DNA of 64,000 bases. It comes from Alphaproteobacteria bacterium. GTDB taxonomy: Bacteria > Pseudomonadota > Alphaproteobacteria > Rs-D84. Made by a program: the position numbers and the translations under genes. This document shows, piece after piece, positions 19,797-28,432 of this stretch. The notes under the pieces were generated by a model. It was given only the letters and a program-made list of their open reading frames with translations, made no database searches and was not told the origin of the DNA. Location of the stretch: NCBI GenBank assembly GCA_017630405.1, contig JAGBVH010000024.1, positions 31,638-95,637 of the forward strand, given 5' to 3'. Every line of letters begins with the position of its first letter. Position 1 is the first letter of the stretch.

Positions 19797-19940
19797 TTTC
19801 CTTTCCTTTTTTATGTTTTATCATTGTACAGTGTAGCACAAAATGTGATATTTGACAACAAAAAATATTTCGATAAATCTTGCCTTAATTTGAAAATAGG
19901 AGTATCATTTAGCCAGACAAAAAAGTTTAAGGAAGTGCAA

Positions 19941-22900
19941 ATGTCGAAATTAATTGTTGATGGAAACTGGGCAGCGGCTGATGTTGCGTACAGATGTGTT
20001 GATTTTGCGGCGATTTATCCAATTACGCCAAGTAGTACAATGGGTGAATTAGCGGATGAATGGTCGTTCCAGCATAAAAAGAATATTTGGGGCGCAATCC
20101 CACAAATTATAGAAATGCAGTCCGAAGCCGGTGCGGCGGGTGCTATGCATGGTGCGTTGCAGATGGGAAGTTTGGCAACCACATTTACCGCATCACAGGG
20201 ATTGCTGTTGATGATTCCTAATATGTATAAAATTGCGGGTGAACAAACGCCATTTGTTATGCATGTGGCGGCGCGTGCGTTGGCGACCCATGCGTTGTCT
20301 ATTTTTGGCGATCACAGTGACGTTATGTCTGTGCGTTCGACTGGTTTTGCGATGCTGTCTTCGCATAATGTGCAGCAGGCCCACGATATGGCGGCAATTG
20401 CTCATGCAGCCACATTGCGTACACGTGTGCCGTTCTTGCACTTCTTTGATGGGTTCCGTACCAGTCATGAAGAATCGCGTTTGACCCGTATTGATGATGC
20501 GGTGCTAAAGGAAATGTTGCCTGATTCATTGGTGCTGGAAAACAGGGCGCGTGGTATGACACCTGATAATCCAACAATTCGTGGTACTGCACAAAATCCC
20601 GATGTCTATTTCCAAGGACGCGAGGCGGCAAATCCTTTATACGATAATGCGCCGGCTGTTGTTCAGGAAATGATGGATAAATTCGCTGAATTGACAGGTC
20701 GTAAGTATAATCTGGTTGATTATGTTGGTGGTAAAAATGCCGAACATGTAATTGTTGCTATGGGCAGCGCATGTGAAACAATCGAAGAAACCTTGCCACA
20801 TTTGCCAGCGGGATTGGGGCTGTTAAAAGTACACTTGTATCGTCCTTTCCCAGTTGCCGCGTTCCGTAACGCATTGCCGCGGTCGGTTAAGTCGATTGCT
20901 GTTCTGGACAGAACCAAAGAACCAGGCAGTATTGGCGAGCCGTTGTTCCAAGATGTTCGTTCCGTTGTTGGGGATGATATCGCGGTGTTTGGCGGTCGAT
21001 ATGGTTTGGGTTCCAAGGAATTTAAACCAAGAGATGTCAAGGCAATTTATGAAAATATGATGCTGGGAACATTAAAGCATAACTTTACAGTTGGTATTGA
21101 TGATGATTTGACCAACTTGTCCTTGAAAACAGACCCAGCATTTGCGGTTGAAGATCCTAATTTCAAGACCGCGATTTTGTATGGTATCGGCAGTGATGGT
21201 ACAGTTGGTGCGGTTAAAAATATTGTAAAAATTGTTGGGGAAAATTCTGATTTGTATCCACAATCCTATGCGGTGTACGATTCCAAGAAGTCGGGCGGAC
21301 TGACCGCATCGCACATCAGATTTTCTGATGCGCCGATTAAAAGTCAGTATTTGGTTGAAGTTGCTGATTTTATTAGTGTTTCAAACTTTATGATTGCCCA
21401 GCGATTTGATGTGTTCCGCGGATTGCGTGCGGGTGGTACTGTTATGATTAATACATCAATGGCACCTGATGTTGCGTTTGCGAATTTGCCACGCGATACC
21501 CAGGAACATTTGATAAGAATTCGCGCAAATGTTTATTTCTTGGATGCGAATCGTGCGGCAGCAGAATTGGGACTTGGGAATCGTATCAACACATTTATTA
21601 TGTTGAACTTCTTTAATTTGACCCAGGTTATTGATCCAGCGGTTGCAGCGGAAAGCGCCAAGGTTGCGATTGAAAAAACATACAAGAAAAAGGGTATGGA
21701 AGTTGTTCAGGCCAACTGGCGTGCGGTTGATACTGCAGCACAATATTTAAAGCAGTATAAGTTGCCATCGTCTGTATCAAGTTTTGCGCCTGATTTTGTG
21801 CCTGCGATGACATTGGATACACCGGCGGAAATCGCGGGAACTTTGGGTGAAATGGCGGCACAACGTGGTGATGCGTTGCCTGTATCACGTTTCCGTGTTG
21901 ATGGCGAATTTGGTGGCGGTCAGTATCCGGTTGGTACATCCAAGTATGAAAAGCGCGCTATATCGGACAAGGTTGCGACAGTTGATATTGAAAAATGTAT
22001 CCAGTGTGGCAAGTGTTCTATGTTGTGTCCACATGCGGCAATTCGTATCAAGGCATTGACAGAAGAGCAGGCGGAAGAACTGCGTGCCAAGGGTGTGACA
22101 GTTGTTCCTATGAAGACGCCAGAGTTGGGGCCAAATATGTATTTCACAATCAATATTTCACCAGCAGATTGTACAGGGTGTAATGTTTGTGTAAAGAATT
22201 GTCCTGTGGGTGCATTGGCGATGAAGCCGGCAAGTGAAGTAATGGCAGATAATCAAGCCGCATTTAATGCTGCTGAAAAAATGCCTGATATTCCACGCGA
22301 AAAGTTGAATTTGAACATTCCAAAGCATGTGGAACTGTTGCCTCATTACTTTGAATTCCCAGGGGCATGTGCAGGTTGTGGCGAAACCCCATATGTAAAG
22401 TTGCTGTCGCACTTGTTTGGGGACCGCATGGTTGTTGCGAATGCAACAGGTTGTTCTTCTATTTATGGTGCGAATTTGCCAACAACACCATGGACCAAGG
22501 ATGCGGCGGGACGTGGCCCAGCGTGGTCTAATTCCTTGTTCGAAGACAATGCTGAATATGGATTGGGGATGCGCTTGGCATTAAACCAAAAGCGTGATAA
22601 TTTAAAGGCTTTGTTGTTTGAATTGGGTGTTGAAAATGTCGAAGGTTTGTTTGATGAAACGGATGCAGTAAAGCAGCGTCAAATCGAGGCAGACTTGCGC
22701 AAGCAGTTGGCGCAGATTGATGGCCCGCGTGCCAGATTGGCGGAAAGTTTGGTCGGCGAAATCGTGGGCAAGTCCGTATGGATTATCGGTGGTGACGGCT
22801 GGGCGTATGATATTGGGTATGGTGGTGTTGACCATATTTTACACAGTGGTGAAAATGTGAATATCTTGGTGCTTGATACCGAAGGATACTCTAATACCGG

Positions 22901-23450
22901 TGGTCAGCAGTCAAAATCTACACCATTTGGTGCCAGTATGAAGTTTGCGATTGGTGGTAAAGAACATGCGAAAAAAGATTTGGGTATGATTGCGATGATG
23001 AGTGGTGCATATGTTGCCCAGATTTCGTTGGGTGCAAATCAGGCCCAGGCAATTCGCGCGTTCCGCGAAGCGGAAAGCTTTAACGGCCCATCAATTATAT
23101 TAGCGTATGCACCATGTATTGCACATGGATTTGCGCTGCAAAATGGGGTTGAGCATCAGATGCAAATGGTTCAGACAGGTTCTTGGCCACTGTATAGATT
23201 TGATCCGCGTTTGATTGCAGATGGGCATAATCCTTTGACCATGGATTCAAGTGTTGATAATCCGTTGCCATTGGAAGAGTTTTTGAAAACTGAATCTAGA
23301 TTTGCGGCAGCACGTGCGGCAAATCCACAGTTTAATAAACTGGTTGATATGGCCAAGGCTAATAATAAGTATAAAAGCGAATTGAAAAAGCATATCGCGC
23401 ATTTTGCGATGCTTAATCAGCCTGAAGTAAAAGAAAACGGGGAAGGATAA
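19941..23450 (+). CDS. Pyruvate:ferredoxin (flavodoxin) oxidoreductase, single-polypeptide NifJ/PorA type
   Basis: MSKLIVDGNWAAADVAYRCVDFAAIYPITPSS... Two ferredoxin-like CxxCxxCxxxCP motifs (CIQCGKCSMLCP and CTGCNVCVKNCP). TPP-binding GGDGWAYDIGYGG. The ORF in the track starts at 19824, but ATG 19941 has an AGGAAG Shine-Dalgarno and matches the PFOR N-terminus. Confidence 0.95.
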   Translation: MSKLIVDGNWAAADVAYRCVDFAAIYPITPSSTMGELADEWSFQHKKNIWGAIPQIIEMQSEAGAAGAMHGALQMGSLATTFTASQGLLLMIPNMYKIAGEQTPFVMHVAARALATHALSIFGDHSDVMSVRSTGFAMLSSHNVQQAHDMAAIAHAATLRTRVPFLHFFDGFRTSHEESRLTRIDDAVLKEMLPDSLVLENRARGMTPDNPTIRGTAQNPDVYFQGREAANPLYDNAPAVVQEMMDKFAELTGRKYNLVDYVGGKNAEHVIVAMGSACETIEETLPHLPAGLGLLKVHLYRPFPVAAFRNALPRSVKSIAVLDRTKEPGSIGEPLFQDVRSVVGDDIAVFGGRYGLGSKEFKPRDVKAIYENMMLGTLKHNFTVGIDDDLTNLSLKTDPAFAVEDPNFKTAILYGIGSDGTVGAVKNIVKIVGENSDLYPQSYAVYDSKKSGGLTASHIRFSDAPIKSQYLVEVADFISVSNFMIAQRFDVFRGLRAGGTVMINTSMAPDVAFANLPRDTQEHLIRIRANVYFLDANRAAAELGLGNRINTFIMLNFFNLTQVIDPAVAAESAKVAIEKTYKKKGMEVVQANWRAVDTAAQYLKQYKLPSSVSSFAPDFVPAMTLDTPAEIAGTLGEMAAQRGDALPVSRFRVDGEFGGGQYPVGTSKYEKRAISDKVATVDIEKCIQCGKCSMLCPHAAIRIKALTEEQAEELRAKGVTVVPMKTPELGPNMYFTINISPADCTGCNVCVKNCPVGALAMKPASEVMADNQAAFNAAEKMPDIPREKLNLNIPKHVELLPHYFEFPGACAGCGETPYVKLLSHLFGDRMVVANATGCSSIYGANLPTTPWTKDAAGRGPAWSNSLFEDNAEYGLGMRLALNQKRDNLKALLFELGVENVEGLFDETDAVKQRQIEADLRKQLAQIDGPRARLAESLVGEIVGKSVWIIGGDGWAYDIGYGGVDHILHSGENVNILVLDTEGYSNTGGQQSKSTPFGASMKFAIGGKEHAKKDLGMIAMMSGAYVAQISLGANQAQAIRAFREAESFNGPSIILAYAPCIAHGFALQNGVEHQMQMVQTGSWPLYRFDPRLIADGHNPLTMDSSVDNPLPLEEFLKTESRFAAARAANPQFNKLVDMAKANNKYKSELKKHIAHFAMLNQPEVKENGEG

Positions 23451-23452
23451 AT

Positions 23453-23485
23453 AAAAAAAACCGGCATTTGCCGGTTTTTTTATTT
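23453..23485. terminator. Bidirectional terminator after the PFOR gene
   Basis: AAAAAAAACCGGCA ttt GCCGGTTTTTTTATTT. Confidence 0.7.
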
Positions 23486-23998
23486 CTGGTTTTGTTGTTC
23501 TAAGATTTTAAGAAACGCTTTATGGGCTTCGTTGTATTGACCGATACCGCTTAAATACAAAGAGGTCTTGATTAAATCTTGACGGTCCAATACGGAACGC
23601 GCATAGGAACGATTTACCTGTGCAGTGCGTTTTTTCAAGTTGTTGTACATATCGCCAAATGCCTGTTCCGCGGAGAAATAGTGAATTTTTGGTTTTACCG
23701 TAAATACACCGTTTTGAGTGTTGCCCATCCAGTACATGGGAACACCGTTTACCTTGTGTGTGCCTGTTGCGGTTAATTTTGCGTAATCCTGTGTGCGTTC
23801 TATTTCATAGAAACAGATGTTGCCACCAACAGAAACAGCCAGTTCAGACAGGTCCTTGATGGCTACGCATGGTTGGCCCATTGTTTTTATTACTGTAATT
23901 TGTTTGTCGTTATCTGTTGTAAATTCATCGATACGCGCAACCTGTAATTCTACGCCGAATTCGTGTGCCATTTCGATACGTTTTGTAAATTTTGCCAT
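23480..23998 (-). CDS. Hypothetical protein
   Basis: The ORF extends to 24034, but ATG at 23998 (MAKFTKRIEMAHEF...) has an AGGAAA Shine-Dalgarno. No recognisable motif. Confidence 0.4.
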   Translation of the reverse strand: MAKFTKRIEMAHEFGVELQVARIDEFTTDNDKQITVIKTMGQPCVAIKDLSELAVSVGGNICFYEIERTQDYAKLTATGTHKVNGVPMYWMGNTQNGVFTVKPKIHYFSAEQAFGDMYNNLKKRTAQVNRSYARSVLDRQDLIKTSLYLSGIGQYNEAHKAFLKILEQQNQK

Positions 23999-24118
23999 TA
24001 TATATTTCCTTTTTTTCAAAGTAGGGACACCCATAGTATGTGATATAAGATAAAAGTCAAATCAAAAAAATACTTTTTTTGTTGATTTTTTGGCGGATTT
24101 ATAGTACTTTTATGGACC

Positions 24119-24547
24119 ATGAAGAGAATTGTTTTGTTTTTATTGGTGGTGTTATCCGCCTGTACTTTCCAGACCAAACATCGTGGTTATGTTTTCCCTG
24201 TGGATGTTGAGACCAAGGTCGCGAATGTTAAAACAACTGAACAGTTAATTGATATTGTTGGCGTGCCCCAGGTCAAGACTGTGTATGGCGATAATGTCTG
24301 GATTTATTATGGTGCGGATGAAAATTATCGTGGACCACTGGCACCGACATTTACAAATGAAACCGTTTTGCTGGCGTGGGTGCGTGGCAATCGTGTGGTT
24401 CGGACCGCTGTTTTACATGACGCGGATTTGCCGGACGTTGTTGTGGCTGATGGCGAAACGGAAATTCCAGCAGCGATTGAGCTAAATGCACTGGAAGAAT
24501 TGTTTAATAATATAGGCAGATTTAGTCCGGCAGGATTGGGACAATAA
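24119..24547 (+). CDS. bamE: Outer-membrane protein assembly factor BamE (SmpA/OmlA lipoprotein)
   Basis: Lipobox LLVVLSAC. RGYVF...TTEQLIDIVGVPQVKTVYGDNVWIYYG pattern matches the SmpA/OmlA fold. Size and GC are typical of core genes. Confidence 0.6.
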   Translation: MKRIVLFLLVVLSACTFQTKHRGYVFPVDVETKVANVKTTEQLIDIVGVPQVKTVYGDNVWIYYGADENYRGPLAPTFTNETVLLAWVRGNRVVRTAVLHDADLPDVVVADGETEIPAAIELNALEELFNNIGRFSPAGLGQ

Positions 24548-24575
24548 AAACACCCCATGGCGGGGTGTTTTTTTG
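24545..24575 (+). terminator. Rho-independent terminator after bamE
   Basis: AAAAACACCCC atgg CGGGGTGTTTTTTTG. It has the same ACACCCCG/CGGGGTGT stem family as the terminators at 27079 and 28320. Confidence 0.7.
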
Positions 24576-24628
24576 CTTGTGCTGGTTATGTGTTTTTTTC
24601 TATCATATTAATATTAATAGGGAAGGAC

Positions 24629-25417
24629 GTGGGAAAAATAACCAGATTTTTGCGGTTTTTAACGGTTTTTGCGATGCTGCCTTTGGGCATGGATGCGTTT
24701 GCTGTGGGTTATGTGTGTGAATCGGTACGCGTTTATACATCCTGTATGGAAGGTTACTATTTATCTGATTGTGGTGGGACTGAAACGGATTGGGATGGTC
24801 GAACATTGGGCGAAGCGGAATTTGTGGCAGGTAACTACTGTGCATCATGTCCAGAAGGATATGACTGTGAAGGTGGTATGAAGTGTCCTTATAATCCAAA
24901 TTCTGTTGTTGAGGGTGGATTTGTTTGCGAAGAAGCATATTTCACATGTGAGGCAGGATATTATTTGTCCGATTGTGGTTCGAATAGTGCGAATTGGTCG
25001 GGCCAGGAACTGACACAAACGGATGTGACAGCGGGTAATTCGTGTGCCATTTGTCCTGTGGGGTATGACTGTGCGGGTGGTATGAAATGTCCGCTTAGAG
25101 TAACAATAAAATGTGAGGCGGGTCAGTATTTGCCTGCAAATTCGGAAGAATGTAAGATATGTTCGATGGGGTCTTATTGTCCTGGTGGTGATTTGGCGCC
25201 TGGTGATAAGGACGCGGGAATTGTTCCTTGTGGTGATGGGACATATGCAGATGAAGAGGGATTGGCGGCATGTAAAAGTTGTGAACCTTTCCATGGCGCA
25301 TCAATAAAGTCTGATGGGGAACGTGACAGTCGTTTGAATTGTTATGTGCCAGCGGACGAACAAGTGACTGATGAAACAGGCAGTTTCACGTATGTGATGG
25401 ATTGTTTTTATGAATAA
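24629..25417 (+). CDS. Secreted cysteine-rich repeat protein, paralog 1 of a tandem family
   Basis: The ATG at 24557 of the track ORF lies inside the bamE terminator hairpin. GTG 24629, preceded by GGAAGGAC, gives a signal peptide (KITRFLRFLTVFAMLPLGMDAFA) that matches paralog 4. Two ~47-aa YYLSDCG...AGNSC.xCPxGYDCEGGMKCP repeats. C-terminal module CYVPADEQVTDETGSFTYVMDCFYE is shared with paralogs 2-4. Confidence 0.65.
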   Translation: MGKITRFLRFLTVFAMLPLGMDAFAVGYVCESVRVYTSCMEGYYLSDCGGTETDWDGRTLGEAEFVAGNYCASCPEGYDCEGGMKCPYNPNSVVEGGFVCEEAYFTCEAGYYLSDCGSNSANWSGQELTQTDVTAGNSCAICPVGYDCAGGMKCPLRVTIKCEAGQYLPANSEECKICSMGSYCPGGDLAPGDKDAGIVPCGDGTYADEEGLAACKSCEPFHGASIKSDGERDSRLNCYVPADEQVTDETGSFTYVMDCFYE

Positions 25418-25436
25418 AAATCATAAGAGTAAACCA

Positions 25437-25513
25437 TCAGGAAGTTTTTTTGCTTGCCTTGCTTGTGGAAAAATTTCTAGAATTTATTTGTAAGGAATAA
25501 AAAGGAGAAAAAA
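25437..25513 (+). promoter_or_regulatory. Conserved promoter/5'UTR cassette of the Cys-rich family (copy 1)
   Basis: TTGCTTGTGGAAAAATTTCTAGAATTTATTTGTAAGGAATAAAAAGGAG is near-identical to 27113..27189. It contains a TAGAAT -10-like element and an AGGAG Shine-Dalgarno. Confidence 0.5.
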
Positions 25514-27061
25514 GTGTCAAAAAGTTCACGTTTTTATGTGGCTTCTTTGGCGGTATTGCTGTCATATAACGCATATGGTGCGGGGTATGTTTGCGATTCG
25601 CTGATGCAGTATAATAGCTGTAAGGAAGGCTTGTATATGGTGTATGGTCAGACAAACAAATATGACCCTGTGCCATCTACTACTAATGATTGTAGACAAT
25701 GTCCAACGAATGCGGCATACTGCGCAGGTGGTGTAGAAGCGCCTTTGTATGCGGTTACATTGGATCCAAATGGCGGTACTGCGGGCGCTATGAATACATT
25801 TTATGTTGCGCAGAGTAAGGCCGATACAAACACCGTGACATACTGTATGGCGGATGCGGAATCTTTGGATACATGTGCAACAAATACTTCGAATCAGTTG
25901 CCACAGGCTGCGATGCCAACTTATGACAGATATCATAGTTTTGTGGGTTTCTTTACCGAGGCAGAAGGTGGCACAATGTTGTCGAATAGTTCGCTTTTGC
26001 TGGGTTATCCCCTATCGGGTGGTTTGACAGGTACAGCGCCTGCGACATTGTATGCTCAGTGGGAGCAGATTCTTTGTTATCCTGGTGAATATATGACGGA
26101 TGATGGGTGTAAGACTTGTCCGGTTACGGCTATGGCTGGCCCAGCATACTGTGAAGGTGATCTGTACAACCCACTGTACACAGTTACCTTAAAGCCAGCA
26201 GGTGGTACGGTTCAGGCCGATCATTTCTGGATTGGTCAAAGCAACAGTGATCAAACATATTACTGCGATGCAAGTGATGATACCAAAAAGTCCGAGTGCG
26301 TGACGAATGCTGGAGGTTCGGTTGCGTTGACGTTCCCATTGGACAGCAAGTATATCCCAACGCGTGATAAACATGCGTTCCTTGGTTGGTCATTGACACC
26401 ACAAATGGATGGCCAGACTGCTAATTATGTAATTGATGCGAATGGTGCTTTGATTGGTACGATTCCATCAGACACCAGTCCACTCTTGTATGCATGGTGG
26501 GAAACAACATCTTGCGAACCAGGTCAGTATCTGGATGAAAGCAAGACATGTCAGTCATGTCCAGAAAACTATAAGGACAGCTCGGGTGCGGGTACAAACG
26601 GCATTGGCGAATGTTACCTGATTACAAAGCCAGGTTATATGGTTGGCTTCGAGGGTCAGGGCGAAATGGATTGCCAAGGCGGATTCTGGTGCCCAGGTAG
26701 TGTCACAGTTTACTATGACAAGACAGGTGGTATGAATCAGTGTCCAGGTAATTATCGTTCCGGTGGTAATAACTTGTCCGCAGAAGCAGAGTGTGCTTGG
26801 AACGTTCCAGGTGGATCTTATGTCAAGAACGCTAAGGACGTTGCGGCAACTGCTTGTGAGTCCGGTGAATGGAAGGCGGCACATACAGTTAAGTATGGCG
26901 AAACCTCCGCGCCACAGACTTGTGCGGGCTTGGATGGCCAGAAGGGTGAATCTGCAGAGCCACGTGACGCAGTAACAACCTGCTTCATCCCAGCGGAACA
27001 GTCGCTGACAAATACCAAGGGTGACTACGTCTTTACAGAAGATTGTAAGTGGACGGAATAA
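25514..27061 (+). CDS. Secreted cysteine-rich repeat protein, paralog 2
   Basis: GTG start, with signal peptide MSKSSRFYVASLAVLLSYNAYGAGYVCDS. Multiple CxxCP...YC / CxxCPENYKDSSG modules. Conserved C-terminal module CFIPAEQSLTNTKGDYVFTEDCKWTE. Confidence 0.7.
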   Translation: MSKSSRFYVASLAVLLSYNAYGAGYVCDSLMQYNSCKEGLYMVYGQTNKYDPVPSTTNDCRQCPTNAAYCAGGVEAPLYAVTLDPNGGTAGAMNTFYVAQSKADTNTVTYCMADAESLDTCATNTSNQLPQAAMPTYDRYHSFVGFFTEAEGGTMLSNSSLLLGYPLSGGLTGTAPATLYAQWEQILCYPGEYMTDDGCKTCPVTAMAGPAYCEGDLYNPLYTVTLKPAGGTVQADHFWIGQSNSDQTYYCDASDDTKKSECVTNAGGSVALTFPLDSKYIPTRDKHAFLGWSLTPQMDGQTANYVIDANGALIGTIPSDTSPLLYAWWETTSCEPGQYLDESKTCQSCPENYKDSSGAGTNGIGECYLITKPGYMVGFEGQGEMDCQGGFWCPGSVTVYYDKTGGMNQCPGNYRSGGNNLSAEAECAWNVPGGSYVKNAKDVAATACESGEWKAAHTVKYGETSAPQTCAGLDGQKGESAEPRDAVTTCFIPAEQSLTNTKGDYVFTEDCKWTE

Positions 27062-27078
27062 TCCTGAGGTTAGCACTA

Positions 27079-27112
27079 AAAAGACACCCCGTTCCCGGGG
27101 TGTTTTTTTTTG
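27079..27112 (+). terminator. Rho-independent terminator after paralog 2
   Basis: AAAAAGACACCCCG ttc CCGGGGTGTTTTTTTTT. Confidence 0.7.
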
Positions 27113-27189
27113 AAGTTCTGCTTTTTTCTCTTGCGTCGATTGTGGAAATTTTTCTAGAATTTGTCTGTAAGGAATAAAAGGAGAAGAAA
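27113..27189 (+). promoter_or_regulatory. Conserved promoter/5'UTR cassette of the Cys-rich family (copy 2)
   Basis: TTGTGGAAATTTTTCTAGAATTTGTCTGTAAGGAATAAAAGGAG aligns with 25437..25513. Confidence 0.5.
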
Positions 27190-28302
27190 TTGTCAAAATA
27201 TTCACGTTTTTATGTAGGGACTCTGGCGGTATTGCTGTCATACAATGCATATGGTGCAGGGTTCGTCTGCGATTCGATTAAGCAGTATGATAGCTGTGAT
27301 ACAGGATACTATTTGTATGGCACAAATGGACTGGGTTCAGTTAATCCTGGAAATGAGTGTAAGACGTGTCCTGATTTACAGGCATTCTGTCCTGGTGGCG
27401 TCAATGGTCCATTGTATCAGACAAAGTTTGGTGTGCAAAACAACGAAGGTGTTGTATTGCGTGACACTCTTATGATTGGTGAAAAATCAGATGGCAGTTT
27501 GTATTGGTGTGATGCTACATTGGACGATCACATTGCAATAGAAGACTGTGTTGAAGCCGGTGGGAATAGTTTTGAAAGTGGAATCGCATCGGACTTTATA
27601 CCGACGCGTCCGCAGTATGCGTTTAGAGGTTGGGCGAATAGTGATGATCTGAGTACTTTGCTTTTTGACAGTCGTGGTAAGATTGCTAATCAGGAAGAGG
27701 TGTCTAGTAGATTGGGTACTATGCAACTGGTTGCAATTTGGGAAAGAACATCATGTAATGCCAATGAATATCTTGAGAATGCGGCATGTAAGCCTTGCCC
27801 AACAGAATTCCCGAACAGCGATGGATCGGGCGGCATCAATACATGTTATGTAGATGTTCAGCCAGGTAAGTATGTATATGGCTTTGCACAGTCCGGCAAG
27901 GGTCAGGAAGACTGCCCAGCTGGTCATTACTGTGAAGGTGGTATGAGAGCGTACTATAATGATCAAGAGATTGGTGCGACACAGTGTCCAGAGAACTATA
28001 GAAATGGTGGCGCTGGATATACTTCAATCACTCAGTGTGTTGCAACAGTTCAGGGTGGTTATCGTATCGAAACAGAGAACAGTGCACCAGCTGTCTGTGC
28101 AAGTGGCACATGGAGCCTTGAACACTCGGTCACATATGGTCAGACATCCACATGTGAATCCTGTGGTACATTGGATGGTGTTGCAGCCTCGTCTAAGGAA
28201 CCACGTAATTCCAAGACAAGTTGCTATATCGCTCCAAATCAGGGAACTAAGGACGATAGAGGTAACTATACCTTTACACAAGACTGCGTATGGACAGAAT
28301 AA
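27190..28302 (+). CDS. Secreted cysteine-rich repeat protein, paralog 3
   Basis: TTG start, with signal peptide MSKYSRFYVGTLAVLLSYNAYGAGFVCDS. The N-terminus is near-identical to paralog 2. Conserved C-terminal module CYIAPNQGTKDDRGNYTFTQDCVWTE. Confidence 0.7.
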   Translation: MSKYSRFYVGTLAVLLSYNAYGAGFVCDSIKQYDSCDTGYYLYGTNGLGSVNPGNECKTCPDLQAFCPGGVNGPLYQTKFGVQNNEGVVLRDTLMIGEKSDGSLYWCDATLDDHIAIEDCVEAGGNSFESGIASDFIPTRPQYAFRGWANSDDLSTLLFDSRGKIANQEEVSSRLGTMQLVAIWERTSCNANEYLENAACKPCPTEFPNSDGSGGINTCYVDVQPGKYVYGFAQSGKGQEDCPAGHYCEGGMRAYYNDQEIGATQCPENYRNGGAGYTSITQCVATVQGGYRIETENSAPAVCASGTWSLEHSVTYGQTSTCESCGTLDGVAASSKEPRNSKTSCYIAPNQGTKDDRGNYTFTQDCVWTE

Positions 28303-28319
28303 TCTTGTTCGTATTGGTC

Positions 28320-28352
28320 AAAAAAACACCCCGATTGCGGGGTGTTTTTTTG
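28320..28352 (+). terminator. Rho-independent terminator after paralog 3
   Basis: AAAAAAACACCCCG attg CGGGGTGTTTTTTTG. Confidence 0.7.
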
Positions 28353-28432
28353 TGAATTTTTGCTTTTTTGGCTTGCGTCAATTTGGCTAATTTTATACCA
28401 TTAGATATAAAGGGATAAGGAAAGATATTCAT

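Noticed and set aside
19824-19940. N-terminal 39-aa extension of the PFOR ORF
   Set aside because: ATG 19941 has a proper Shine-Dalgarno and matches the conserved PFOR N-terminus (MSKLIVDGNWAAADVAY). The upstream extension is AT-rich promoter sequence.
24557-24628. ATG start at 24557 for the first Cys-rich paralog, overlapping bamE
   Set aside because: The ATG lies inside the bamE terminator hairpin (caccccATGgcggggtg). The encoded N-terminal extension is not a signal peptide. GTG 24629, with a GGAAGGAC Shine-Dalgarno, gives an N-terminus matching paralog 4.
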